Below are positions 9,938 to 20,029 of a stretch of 64,000 nt of DNA, in pieces (the stretch's first letter is position 1; each line of letters opens with the position of its first letter). This DNA comes from an uncultured Chloroflexia bacterium. Lineage in GTDB: Bacteria > Chloroflexota > Limnocylindria > Limnocylindrales > CSP1-4. Position numbers and translations under genes: made by a program. Where the stretch lies: contig CAVVJT010000010.1 in the NCBI GenBank assembly GCA_963748625.1, positions 576,001-640,000 of the forward strand. The letters run 5' to 3'. The notes under the pieces were generated by a model. The model did not search any database. It was not told where the DNA came from and was given only the letters and a program-made list of their open reading frames with translations.

Positions 9938-11595
9938 AGGCCGTCACCCGCGCGAGCCGTCCGGCGGACCGCGGGCAGGGAGAACGAGATGGCGCTGGGC
10001 AGGCCAGGCTCCACCCAGATGGTGCCGCCGTGGGCCTCCACGAGCCGCCTGCACACGTACAGACCGGTGCCCGTGCCGCCTGGGTACGCGTCGTGGGCCG
10101 TGCGCCCGCGGTAGTGGCGATCGAACACCATGGCACGCTCCTCGGCCGGGATGCCGGGCCCGTCGTCACGGACGGTCACCACGACGGTGGTCCGCCGGCG
10201 GCGTGCCCTGATCTCGACGCCACCGCCGCCGCCGTAGCGCTGCGCATTGTCGACGAGGTTCACGAGCACGTGCCCGATGCGAGCCGCGTCCACGTCCACC
10301 TCGGGCAGGCCGGCGGGCACGGCCACGGCCACCGGAGGCATGTCCGGCCATTCGCCGATGCCGCCGATCGCGAGGTCCAGGAGCTCTGCCACCGCGACCG
10401 GCTCACGCCGGAGCCCCAGGCTCGCGTGCTCGAGCCCGGTGAGCGTGAGCAGCTCGTCCACGAGATCCCCGATCCTGTCCGCGGCCGAGCCGATCCTCTC
10501 GATCGAGCGCCGCTGGTCGGCAGCGTCGAGGCCCAGGCCGAGCAGCGTGTCAACGTGACCCAGGATGAGGGCGAGCGGCGTCCGCAGCTCGTGGGAGACC
10601 GCCGCCAGGAAGCTGGAGTGGAGCTCCGTCGAGGCCCGCTCGGCGCGCAGGTCTCGCAACACCACCACGGCACCGGTACGGACGCCGGACCCGGAATCCG
10701 CCATCACCGAGAAGGTGGCCTGGACCGGGATCGGCGCACCGTCGACGGGTCCCAGCTGCAGCTCGGCGACCGCGATCCCCGACGGGCCGCGCAGCACCTC
10801 CTCGAAGCGGCAGCGCCGACCACACCGGAGTCCAGCTGCGGTCTGGCAGCGGAGCAACGTGGCACACGTGGCGTCGTCGGGGATCGCACGCCCGCCCAGC
10901 AGCGTGGAGGCCGCCCGGTTCACGCGGACCACCCGCCGTCGCTCGTCCACCGCGATGATCCCCTCGGTGGCGCCGTCGAGGATCGCGGCCAGCAGGACCT
11001 GCTCGCCCGCCAGCTCCTCGCGCAGCAGCGCCGCCCGGAATGCGATCGCGAGCTCGTGGCGCACGAGGGCCAGGAACCGGATCCGGTCCGCGGTCAGGCG
11101 GCCCCCCTCTGCCGGACGCAGGGCGAGGTACCCGACGTTCTGCGGCCCGCTCGCCCCGGCGCCCGTGGCCAGGCGCTCGTCGAGTGGGACGCCATGCCAG
11201 CCGTGGCGCGTGAACCAGGAGCGCGCGATGCCGCCGGTCGCAAAGCGGCCAGGAATGATGCGCGGCGGCCAGTCACCCTCCTTGCCCGGTTCGGCCACGG
11301 TGCCGCCGATCGTCCAGCCGGTGGGACCGCTCGGGCCGAGGAGCAGATCCGGCTCCGTCGCGACCAGCCTGAGGCCGGGACGATCCGCCATGGTCAGCCA
11401 GATGCCGCCCGCGACCGCATCGGTGGCCCGCACGAGCTCGGCGATGACACTCGCGGTGAGCAGCGGGAGCGCACCGCCGAGGGCGACCAGCTGGCTGAGC
11501 TGGTACTGCGCGAAGACCGTGTCCGCCTGGCGCTGCGCCTCCTCGAAGGAGCGGCGCAGCTCCGCCTCGGTGAGGGCGGCGGTCCGGTCGATCAC
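9934..11595 (-). CDS. Cytoplasmic sensor histidine kinase (GAF-like + PAS + HisKA + HATPase)
   Basis: SHELRTPL H-box, NLVDNA, DDGPGI, GTGTGL; PAS start ILDGATEGIIAVD..NRAA; no obvious TM segment. Confidence 0.9.
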   Translation of the reverse strand: MIDRTAALTEAELRRSFEEAQRQADTVFAQYQLSQLVALGGALPLLTASVIAELVRATDAVAGGIWLTMADRPGLRLVATEPDLLLGPSGPTGWTIGGTVAEPGKEGDWPPRIIPGRFATGGIARSWFTRHGWHGVPLDERLATGAGASGPQNVGYLALRPAEGGRLTADRIRFLALVRHELAIAFRAALLREELAGEQVLLAAILDGATEGIIAVDERRRVVRVNRAASTLLGGRAIPDDATCATLLRCQTAAGLRCGRRCRFEEVLRGPSGIAVAELQLGPVDGAPIPVQATFSVMADSGSGVRTGAVVVLRDLRAERASTELHSSFLAAVSHELRTPLALILGHVDTLLGLGLDAADQRRSIERIGSAADRIGDLVDELLTLTGLEHASLGLRREPVAVAELLDLAIGGIGEWPDMPPVAVAVPAGLPEVDVDAARIGHVLVNLVDNAQRYGGGGGVEIRARRRRTTVVVTVRDDGPGIPAEERAMVFDRHYRGRTAHDAYPGGTGTGLYVCRRLVEAHGGTIWVEPGLPSAISFSLPAVRRTARAGDGL

Positions 11596-12308
11596 CGGGC
11601 GCGACGACCGGTGGCCAGGAGCGAGCGCATCAGCAGGTAGCAGGAGGTCGCGCCCGGATCCTGGTGGCCGCGCGATCGCTCGCCCAGGCGCATCGCCAGA
11701 CCTCGTCGCGCGATGAGCGGGCGCGTCGCATGCATCCCGTCACGGGCGGCCCGGATGGCTGCGAGGATCGCCGCCTGCTGGCCCTGCTCCGCGTCGAGGG
11801 CGGCGGCGAACGCGTCGGCAGCCGGGCGCAAGGCGTCATAGATCGTCTTGTCACCGAGGCGGCACCGGCCGCGCCGGGCGATCCCCTCCGCGGCGGCGTC
11901 GAGTGCGCGCGCGGTCGCCTGGGCATCGAGCGCGGCCAGGCCCGCCACCGCGATCCCCGCCTCGATGAAGGCCGTGCCGTACAGGGATCCGCCAGCCCCG
12001 CCCACGCCTGCGACGAGGAGGTGGCCGAAGCGCCGCAGCAGGTCGCCGATGTCGGTGCCGGGGTCGTCGGCCGCGAGGGTGCGCGTCGCGTCGACGAACC
12101 CCGCGCTCATGTTCTCGCCGTGGTCGCCGTCACCGAGGGCGGCATCGAGGCGGTCAAGCAGCACCCGGTTGCGCAGCAGCAGTTGCTCGGCGCGCGCCAC
12201 GACGGCCACCAGGTCGGTGCTGGTGAACAGGGTCGCCGTGTCGGAAGTCGCCGTGTCGGATGTCACCTGTCCGGTGTCGGCCCCAGGAGTCGTGTGGCTG
12301 TCCGTCAT
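11592..12308 (-). CDS. Divergent DhaL (DAK2-domain) paralog coupled to the two-component system
   Basis: LDAALGDGDHGENM, GGAGGSLYG, GDKTIYDAL, GHQDPGATS. KGRASY is replaced by RGLAMR. TACACT -10 lies 8 nt before the ATG. Confidence 0.85.
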   Translation of the reverse strand: MTDSHTTPGADTGQVTSDTATSDTATLFTSTDLVAVVARAEQLLLRNRVLLDRLDAALGDGDHGENMSAGFVDATRTLAADDPGTDIGDLLRRFGHLLVAGVGGAGGSLYGTAFIEAGIAVAGLAALDAQATARALDAAAEGIARRGRCRLGDKTIYDALRPAADAFAAALDAEQGQQAAILAAIRAARDGMHATRPLIARRGLAMRLGERSRGHQDPGATSCYLLMRSLLATGRRAR

Positions 12309-12373
12309 CGAGGGGTAGTGTATGGGTCCGGGCCGCCAGGCGAACGTGGGACGGGATGGGAGGAGGGCGACGC

Positions 12374-12781
12374 ATGATCGGGATCGTGGTGGTGGGCCAC
12401 AGCGCCGACGTCGCACGGGGCCTCGTCCGCATGCTGGCCCAGGCCGCTCCCCCGGTCCCCGCAGGCGGCGCGGGCGGCCTGTCCGGCGACCGCCTGGGCA
12501 CGAATGCCCTCGACGTCGAGCATGTCCTGCGCGACGTCCTCGGCCGCACAGAGGGCGAAGGGGTCCTCGTGCTGCTCGACCTCGGCAGCGCGGCGATGGC
12601 CGTGGAGATCGCGCTCGAGGAGCTCGCCCCGGACGAGCGGGCACGAGTCTCCCTCTCGGATGGACCCTTCGTGGAGGGGGCGGTGGCGGCCGCGGTGTGT
12701 GCCGCCCACGGGGGGACGATGGCCGCGGTCCGGGCGGCGGCCGAGGCGGCACTCGCGCAGCCGAAGTTGCTCCATGCCTGA
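12374..12781 (+). CDS. DhaM-like PTS EIIA (mannose-type) phosphotransferase subunit, second copy
   Basis: MIGIVVVGHS, DLGSA, PFVEGAVAAAV; strong AGGAGG SD. Confidence 0.87.
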   Translation: MIGIVVVGHSADVARGLVRMLAQAAPPVPAGGAGGLSGDRLGTNALDVEHVLRDVLGRTEGEGVLVLLDLGSAAMAVEIALEELAPDERARVSLSDGPFVEGAVAAAVCAAHGGTMAAVRAAAEAALAQPKLLHA

Positions 12782-13442
12782 CGCGGCCGCCCACGACGAG
12801 CTCGTCCGGGCCTGGTTCGTGCGGACGGCCGCCGTCGTCCACGAGCGGCGTGTCTGGCTCACCGACCTCGACGCCGCCATCGGCGACGGCGACCACGGGA
12901 TCAACCTCGACCGTGGCTTCGCCGCCCTGCTCGCGGACCTCGATGCGCAGGTGCTGCCCCCGGGCGACCCGGCGGCGACCTTGACCGCGGGGGGCCGGCG
13001 CCTCATGGGCATCGTCGGTGGCGCCAGCGGCGCCCTCTACGGACGGGGGCTGATGGTGGCCGGCGAGCGCGTGCGGGAGCGCGCGGCGGCCGGCAGCCTC
13101 GGGCGGACCGAGCTCGCCAAGGCGATCCTGGAGGGGATGATCTCTGGCATCGAGGGCCTCGGGCACGCCGTCCCCGGCGAGAAGACGATGCTGGACGCGC
13201 TGGTCCCTGCCGCGGCGATCCTGCGCCACCCGCCCACCGCCGACCCCGTGGCGGCGCTGCTTGCCGCAGCCGGCGCCGCCGACCTGGGCGCCCAGATGAC
13301 GATCCCGCTCATCGCCCGCAAGGGACGTGCGAGCTACCTGGGCGAGCGTTCCGCCGGTCACGAGGACCCGGGCGCCGCATCGGCGGCGATCCTCGTGCGC
13401 TGCCTGGCGGATGCTGCAGCGGATCGCGCCCCGGACGCCTGA
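12774..13442 (+). CDS. DhaL (DAK2-domain) paralog
   Basis: LTDLDAAIGDGDHGINL, GGASGALYG, GEKTMLD, KGRASYLGERS, DPGA; overlaps the dhaM-like gene. Confidence 0.88.
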   Translation: MPDAAAHDELVRAWFVRTAAVVHERRVWLTDLDAAIGDGDHGINLDRGFAALLADLDAQVLPPGDPAATLTAGGRRLMGIVGGASGALYGRGLMVAGERVRERAAAGSLGRTELAKAILEGMISGIEGLGHAVPGEKTMLDALVPAAAILRHPPTADPVAALLAAAGAADLGAQMTIPLIARKGRASYLGERSAGHEDPGAASAAILVRCLADAAADRAPDA

Positions 13443-13538
13443 CCCGCCCGGCCGTCGCCGCCAACCTTGCGGTCCGGTATCGGTGGCGATGCGCCACGGA
13501 TTCACTTTGTCTTGAGATTCCGCACCTGCGCGCGCCCC

Positions 13539-13544
13539 TAGAGT
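13539..13544 (+). promoter_or_regulatory. Putative -10 element of the glpF operon promoter
   Basis: TAGAGT downstream of an AT-rich patch (13500-13521), ~205 nt upstream of glpF; no good -35. Confidence 0.35.
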
Positions 13545-13748
13545 CAAACCGTCCGCAAGAGCGGCGGTTGGTTCGCACGCGCCACGGAGGACGCGCCCAG
13601 CCCCGGGACTGCGAAAGGAGGAGTCAACCGGAGGAGACTCTGCGCCTGGACGGCCGTCCGCCCGCCATGCGGCGCGGCGGCGGCAGGAGGAGATCCCGGA
13701 CCCCGAGAACTGCCGGGATCAGGTTCCGCTAGAGGGAGTTGTTCACAC

Positions 13749-14480
13749 ATGACAACCGAATCCATCATCGTCGGTGAGATCATCGGGACAGCGATGCTGA
13801 TCCTGCTCGGCGACGGCGTCGTCGCAGGCGTCCTGCTCGCCAAGTCCAAGGCGCAGAACGCGGGCTGGATCGTGATCACGGCTGCGTGGGCCATGGCGGT
13901 CTTCTGCGGCGTCGTCGTGTCTGCGCCGATGAGCGGCGCGCACCTGAACCCGGCCGTCACCGTCGGCCTCGCGGTCGCCGGCAGCACGCCGTGGGACCAG
14001 GTCCCCTTCTACATCGTCAGCCAGTTCATCGGCGCGTTCATTGGCGCGACCCTGGTGGCCATCTTCTACTGGAAGCACTTCGAGGTGACCGAGGACCAGG
14101 GCCTCAAGCTCGCGGTCTTCAGCACCGGCCCCGCGATCCGCAACGTGCCGTTCAACCTGATCGGCGAGATCGTCGGCACCTTCGTGCTGGTGTACGTGAT
14201 CCTCAACTTCGGCGCCAACGCCGCGGTCTCGTCCATCGGCGCGCTCGCCGTCATGGTCCTCGTCTGGTCGATCGGCATGTCGCTCGGTGGCACCACCGGG
14301 TACGCGATCAACCCTGCCCGTGACCTCGGCCCCCGCATCATCCACCAGATCCTCCCGATCCCGGGCAAGGGCGCCTCGGACTGGGGCTACTCGTGGATCC
14401 CGGTTGTCGGCCCGATCGTCGGTGGCGTGATCGCCGCCGGCCTCTGGCTGGCCGTCAAGGGGTTCATCCCGGCGGCGTAG
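13749..14480 (+). CDS. glpF: Glycerol uptake facilitator (aquaglyceroporin)
   Basis: HLNPAVT and AINPARDLGPR NPA motifs; FSTGPAI; next to glycerol genes. Confidence 0.95.
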   Translation: MTTESIIVGEIIGTAMLILLGDGVVAGVLLAKSKAQNAGWIVITAAWAMAVFCGVVVSAPMSGAHLNPAVTVGLAVAGSTPWDQVPFYIVSQFIGAFIGATLVAIFYWKHFEVTEDQGLKLAVFSTGPAIRNVPFNLIGEIVGTFVLVYVILNFGANAAVSSIGALAVMVLVWSIGMSLGGTTGYAINPARDLGPRIIHQILPIPGKGASDWGYSWIPVVGPIVGGVIAAGLWLAVKGFIPAA

Positions 14481-14504
14481 TCCCCTCCCCACTGACCTCC
14501 GCTG

Positions 14505-14543
14505 GCCCGCCGCCGGATCACCCTCCGGTCACCGGCGGCGGGC
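14505..14543 (+). other. Intercistronic 12-bp stem-loop between glpF and dhaK
   Basis: GCCCGCCGCCGG ... CCGGCGGCGGGC. Confidence 0.6.
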
Positions 14544-14570
14544 TCCCAACCACACCAACGGGGAGAGCGC

Positions 14571-15569
<999 letters not shown>

Positions 15570-15597
15570 TCCTCAGACCGCGGGAGCGAGTAGGACG

Positions 15598-16242
15598 ATG
15601 AGCGCATCAGCCATCAGCCACAGCGACGTCCTGGCGTGGATCACCCTGTACGCGGACCGGATCCACGAGCAGAAGCAGTACCTGACCGAACTGGACTCGG
15701 CCATCGGCGATGCCGACCATGGCATCAACATGGATCGCGGGTTCCAGGCCGTCCTCGGGATCCTGCCCACCCTGCCGGCCGATGACATCGGCGCCCTCCT
15801 CAAGGGCATCGCGATGAAGCTCATCTCCACCGTCGGAGGAGCGAGCGGGCCGCTGTACGGCACGTTCTTCCTCCGCATGGCACCGGGTACGGCGGGCATG
15901 GCCGAGATGGACCTGCCCACCTTCGCCACCGCGCTCGACGCCGGCGTCGCCGGGCTCGTGGAGCGGGGCAAGGCGGAGCTGGGCGACAAGACCATGATCG
16001 ACGTCTGGTTCCCGGCGCGCGATGCGCTGCACGCGGAGATCGAGGCCGGCAGCACGCCGGTCGAGGCCCTCGCAGCAACCGTCGCCGCCGCCGAACGAGG
16101 CATGCTCGCCACCATCCCGCTCGTCGCCCGCAAGGGCCGGGCGAGCTACCTGGGAGAGCGCAGCGCGGGTCACCAGGACCCGGGCGCCACGTCCTCGCAT
16201 CTCCTGCTCAAGGCCGCAGCCGACACCTGGTTCCAGGCGTAG
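15598..16242 (+). CDS. dhaL: PEP-dependent dihydroxyacetone kinase, ADP-binding DhaL subunit
   Basis: LTELDSAIGDADHGINM, VGGASGPLYG, GDKTMID, KGRASYLGERS, HQDPGATS; directly after dhaK. Confidence 0.96.
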   Translation: MSASAISHSDVLAWITLYADRIHEQKQYLTELDSAIGDADHGINMDRGFQAVLGILPTLPADDIGALLKGIAMKLISTVGGASGPLYGTFFLRMAPGTAGMAEMDLPTFATALDAGVAGLVERGKAELGDKTMIDVWFPARDALHAEIEAGSTPVEALAATVAAAERGMLATIPLVARKGRASYLGERSAGHQDPGATSSHLLLKAAADTWFQA

Positions 16243-16277
16243 GCACCCAGCATCACTTGGAGGACTAGATACACCGC

Positions 16278-17774
16278 ATGACCAAGTACGTCGGCGCCCT
16301 CGACCAGGGCACCACGAGCTCTCGCTTCATGATCTTCGACCACAGCGGCGCCGTGGTCGCGATCGACCAGAAGGAGCACACCCAGATCTACCCGAAGCCC
16401 GGGTGGGTCGAGCATGACGCGCTGGAGATCTGGGCGCGCTGCCAGGAAGTCGTCAAGGGCGCCCTGGACAAGGCTGGCATCACCGCCGCCGATCTCGCCG
16501 CCGTCGGCATCACCAACCAGCGCGAGACGGCGCTCGTCTGGGACAAGACCACCGGCCAGCCGGTGTTCAACGCCATCGTCTGGCAGGACACCCGGACCGA
16601 CGTCCTCGTCAACGAGTTCGCCAAGGAGGGCGGGCAGGACCGCTTCCGCGCCAAGGTCGGCCTTCCGCTGGCCACCTACTTCTCCGGCCCCAAGGTCCGC
16701 TGGATCCTCGACAACGTCGAGGGTGCGCGCGCCAAGGCCGAGGCCGGCAACCTGGTGTTCGGCAACATGGACACCTGGCTGATCTGGAACCTCACCGGCG
16801 GCGTCAACGGCGGCGTGCATGTCACGGACGTCTCCAACGCCAGCCGCACCATGCTCATGAACCTCGAGACCCTGGACTGGGACGCCGAGATCGCGGGCAT
16901 CATGGGCGTTCCGCTCTCGATGCTCCCCGCCATCAAGGCCTCGTCCGAGGTCTACGGCACATGCGTCGGCCAGCTGGCCGGCGTCCCGGTCGCGGGCGAC
17001 CTGGGCGACCAGCAGGCGGCCCTCTTCGGCCAGACGTGCTTCTCCGCCGGCGAGGCGAAGAACACCTACGGCACCGGCTGCTTCATGCTCCTGAACACGG
17101 GCGAGAAGATCGTCCCGTCCAAGAGCGGCCTCCTCACCACCCTCGGCTACAAGATCGGCAACCAGCCGGCCGTGTACGCCCTCGAGGGGTCCATCGCGAT
17201 CACCGGCGCCCTGGTCCAGTGGCTGCGCGACAACCTCGGCATGATCGAGAAGTCGCCGGACATCGAGACCCTGGCCGCCACGGTCGAGGACAACGGCGGC
17301 GTCTATTTCGTCCCGGCGTTCTCGGGCCTGTTCGCCCCCTACTGGAAGAATGACGCCCGCGGCGTCATCGCCGGCCTGACCCGGTACGTCACCAAGGGCC
17401 ACATCGCACGTGCGGTCCTCGAGGCGACGGCGTGGCAGACCCGCGAGGTGCTCGACGCGATGAACGCCGATTCCGGTGTTCCGCTCACGGCCCTCAAGGT
17501 TGACGGCGGCATGGTCTTCAACAACACCCTGATGCAGTTCCAGGCCGATGTCCTGGGCGTCCCGGTCATCCGGCCGGTCGTCGCCGAGACCACGGCCCTG
17601 GGCGCGGCCTACGCGGCCGGCCTTGCGGTCGGCTACTGGGGCGCGGTCGAGGACCTGCGCGAGAACTGGGCCAAGGACGCCGAGTGGGCGCCCAAGATGG
17701 CCGCAGACGTGCGCGAGGCCGAGTACAAGCAGTGGAAGAAGGCGGTCACCCGGACGTTCGCCTGGGTCGACTAG
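16278..17774 (+). CDS. glpK: Glycerol kinase
   Basis: [39 protein letters not shown]. Confidence 0.98.
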   Translation: MTKYVGALDQGTTSSRFMIFDHSGAVVAIDQKEHTQIYPKPGWVEHDALEIWARCQEVVKGALDKAGITAADLAAVGITNQRETALVWDKTTGQPVFNAIVWQDTRTDVLVNEFAKEGGQDRFRAKVGLPLATYFSGPKVRWILDNVEGARAKAEAGNLVFGNMDTWLIWNLTGGVNGGVHVTDVSNASRTMLMNLETLDWDAEIAGIMGVPLSMLPAIKASSEVYGTCVGQLAGVPVAGDLGDQQAALFGQTCFSAGEAKNTYGTGCFMLLNTGEKIVPSKSGLLTTLGYKIGNQPAVYALEGSIAITGALVQWLRDNLGMIEKSPDIETLAATVEDNGGVYFVPAFSGLFAPYWKNDARGVIAGLTRYVTKGHIARAVLEATAWQTREVLDAMNADSGVPLTALKVDGGMVFNNTLMQFQADVLGVPVIRPVVAETTALGAAYAAGLAVGYWGAVEDLRENWAKDAEWAPKMAADVREAEYKQWKKAVTRTFAWVD

Positions 17775-17795
17775 CCACCGAAGCTGGCTGAACAA

Positions 17796-17834
17796 CGCAG
17801 CCCCGGCGTCGCGAGGCGCCGGGGCTGCGCCTTT
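17796..17834 (+). terminator. Intrinsic terminator-like hairpin after glpK
   Basis: CGCAGCCCCGGCGTC-GCGA-GGCGCCGGGGCTGCG followed by CCTTT. Confidence 0.7.
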
Positions 17835-17852
17835 CAGGAGGGGTTCCCGGAC

Positions 17853-18260
17853 ATGACTGCCGAACCGGACACCTGCGTCGGGCTCGTGGTCGTCTCGCAC
17901 TCGACTCGGATCGCGGAGGGAACGGCGGAGCTGGCCGGCCAGATGGCCGGACCCGACGTCCGCATCGTGCCAGCGGGCGGTCTTGAGGATGGTTCGATCG
18001 GGACCGACGCGGCGCGGATCGCCGCGGCCATCGGCGAGGCGGACGCCGGCGCGGGCGTGGTGATCGTGGCCGACCTCGGCAGCGCCGTGCTCTCCGCAAC
18101 CACCGCCATGGAGTTCCTCGGCGACCCGGGCAGCGTGCGCCTGAGCAAGGGCCCCATCGTGGAAGGTGCCGTGATGGCCGCCGTCCAGGCGAGCATCGGC
18201 TCCTCCCTCGACGAGGTGCTCGCGGCGGCCGAGGGCGCCCGGGACCTGCCGAAGGGCTGA
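17853..18260 (+). CDS. dhaM: PTS-dependent DHA kinase phosphotransferase subunit (EIIA-type)
   Basis: VGLVVVSHS, AGG..DGSIGTD, DLGSA, PIVEGAVMAAV; AGGAGG SD. Confidence 0.92.
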   Translation: MTAEPDTCVGLVVVSHSTRIAEGTAELAGQMAGPDVRIVPAGGLEDGSIGTDAARIAAAIGEADAGAGVVIVADLGSAVLSATTAMEFLGDPGSVRLSKGPIVEGAVMAAVQASIGSSLDEVLAAAEGARDLPKG

Positions 18261-18346
18261 CGAAGGACTAGATTGGAGCGGGGCCGGCTGGCCCCGTCGC
18301 TGGCCCCGGCCCATCCGGCCGGTGCCACAACGATGAGGTGATGACA

Positions 18347-20029
18347 ATGGCGGTGCCGCACACCGTCGACGTCCTGGTGATCGGGGGCGGGGCGACCGGC
18401 GCGGGCATCCTGCGCGACCTGGCCCGCCGGGGGGTCAAGGCCCTGCTGGTCGAGCGCTCCGACTTCGCGACCGGCACGTCCGGCCGGTACCACGGCCTCC
18501 TCCACTCCGGCGGCCGGTACGTCGGCAAGGACAGGCTCGCGGCGCGTGAGTGCGTCGAGGAGAACCAGGTCCTGCGGCGGATCGCGCCTGCGTCGATCGA
18601 GGACACCGGGGGCTACTTCGTCGCCACTCCCGACGACCCCGACGACTACGTTGCGGACTTCGCCGAGAACTGCCGCCTGTCGGGCGTGGACTGCGAGGAG
18701 GTCCAGGTCAAGGACCTCCTCGGGCGCGAGCCTGCCCTCAACCCGCAGATCCGCCGGGCCTTCCGCGTGCCGGACGGCTCGATCGAGCCCTGGATGCTGA
18801 TCGAGGCCACGGTCGCCGACGCACGGGCCCGCGGGTCGGATGCGCGCACCTACCAGCGCGTCGTGGGCATGGAGTCAAGCGGCGGGAAGATCACCGCCGT
18901 CACCCTGCGCGACGAGCTGACCGGCACGGTGTCGCAAGTCTGGACCAAGTTCGTCGTCTCCGCGGCGGGCGCCTGGGCCGGACAGATCGCGGCCTACGCC
19001 GGGGTCCACGTCGAGATGACCCCCGGCAAGGGCACCATGCTGATCTACAACACCCGGATGAGCGACGCGGTCATCAACCGCTGCCACCGCTCTGCCGACG
19101 GCGACATCATGGTCCCCGTCCACTCGGTCGCGATCCTGGGCACGACCGACATCAAGGTTCCCGATCCCGACGACTACGAGGTCACCAGGGCGGAGGTCCA
19201 GCGACTGATCAGCGAGGGAGCCAAGATGTTCCCCGCCCTGCCCCGGATGCGCGTGCTCCGCGCCTACGCGGGTGTCAGGCCCCTCTACCAGCCGCCGGCG
19301 GACGCGGTCCCGGGCGTTGGCAACCGGTCGATCTCGCGAGCGCACGCCATCCTGGACCACGCCGACCAGGGCGTTGACAACTTCGTCTCGATCGTGGGCG
19401 GCAAGTTCACCACGCACCGCCTGATGGCCGAGCAGACCGTGGATGTCGTGGCAGCCAAACTTGGCGTGACCACGCCGTGCACCACGGCCGACGAGGTGCT
19501 TCCCGGCATGCAGACGGGGCACCACTACTGGCTGGGCCACCGCCTCGGCGACCACGAGGCGGAAGGTGGCGGGGATGCCGACCTGATCTGCGAGTGCGAG
19601 CTGGTCACCCGCAGGATGGCCGAGGCCTACCTCGACACCCACTGGCCGTGCACCATCGACGACATCCGGCGCGGCACCCGCCTGGGGATGGGCCCCTGCC
19701 AGGGTGCGTTCTGCACCTTCCGTGTGGCGGGGCTGGTCGCCGAGCGACTGGATGCGCACACCACGGCCACCGGCAGGCCTGTACCCGGCACTACCGAAGC
19801 GGACGGGCACGCGCCCGGTTCGGGTGCGCTGCACGCGGCGATCGCCGACCGGGCGCTCACCGCGTTCCTGCGCGAGCGCTTCAAAGGCGTCCGGCCCATC
19901 GCCGACGGCCGCCAGCTCCAGGAGCTGATGATGACCGATGCGATCTACATGGGCGTCATGGGCCTCGAGTCACTCGCCTCCTCCCCTGCTCCGATCGTCG
20001 ATGAGGAGAGCCTCGATGCCGCACGCTGA
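18347..20029 (+). CDS. glpA: Anaerobic glycerol-3-phosphate dehydrogenase subunit A
   Basis: VIGGGATG, GTSGRYHGLLHSGGRY, GGKFTTHRLMAE, C-terminal ICECE..GMGPCQGAFC. Start could be 18338, 18341 or 18347. Confidence 0.93.
   Translation: MAVPHTVDVLVIGGGATGAGILRDLARRGVKALLVERSDFATGTSGRYHGLLHSGGRYVGKDRLAARECVEENQVLRRIAPASIEDTGGYFVATPDDPDDYVADFAENCRLSGVDCEEVQVKDLLGREPALNPQIRRAFRVPDGSIEPWMLIEATVADARARGSDARTYQRVVGMESSGGKITAVTLRDELTGTVSQVWTKFVVSAAGAWAGQIAAYAGVHVEMTPGKGTMLIYNTRMSDAVINRCHRSADGDIMVPVHSVAILGTTDIKVPDPDDYEVTRAEVQRLISEGAKMFPALPRMRVLRAYAGVRPLYQPPADAVPGVGNRSISRAHAILDHADQGVDNFVSIVGGKFTTHRLMAEQTVDVVAAKLGVTTPCTTADEVLPGMQTGHHYWLGHRLGDHEAEGGGDADLICECELVTRRMAEAYLDTHWPCTIDDIRRGTRLGMGPCQGAFCTFRVAGLVAERLDAHTTATGRPVPGTTEADGHAPGSGALHAAIADRALTAFLRERFKGVRPIADGRQLQELMMTDAIYMGVMGLESLASSPAPIVDEESLDAAR

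Noticed and set aside
12232-12268. 15-bp repeat (TSDTA x2) at the dhaL* N-terminus
   Set aside because: It is a short low-complexity coding duplication with no evident significance.
11592-13547. 651-aa ORF as a large DhaL fusion
   Set aside because: Its N-terminal 413 aa are the antisense of the dhaM'/dhaL' region; the real start is at 12308 with a -10 element.
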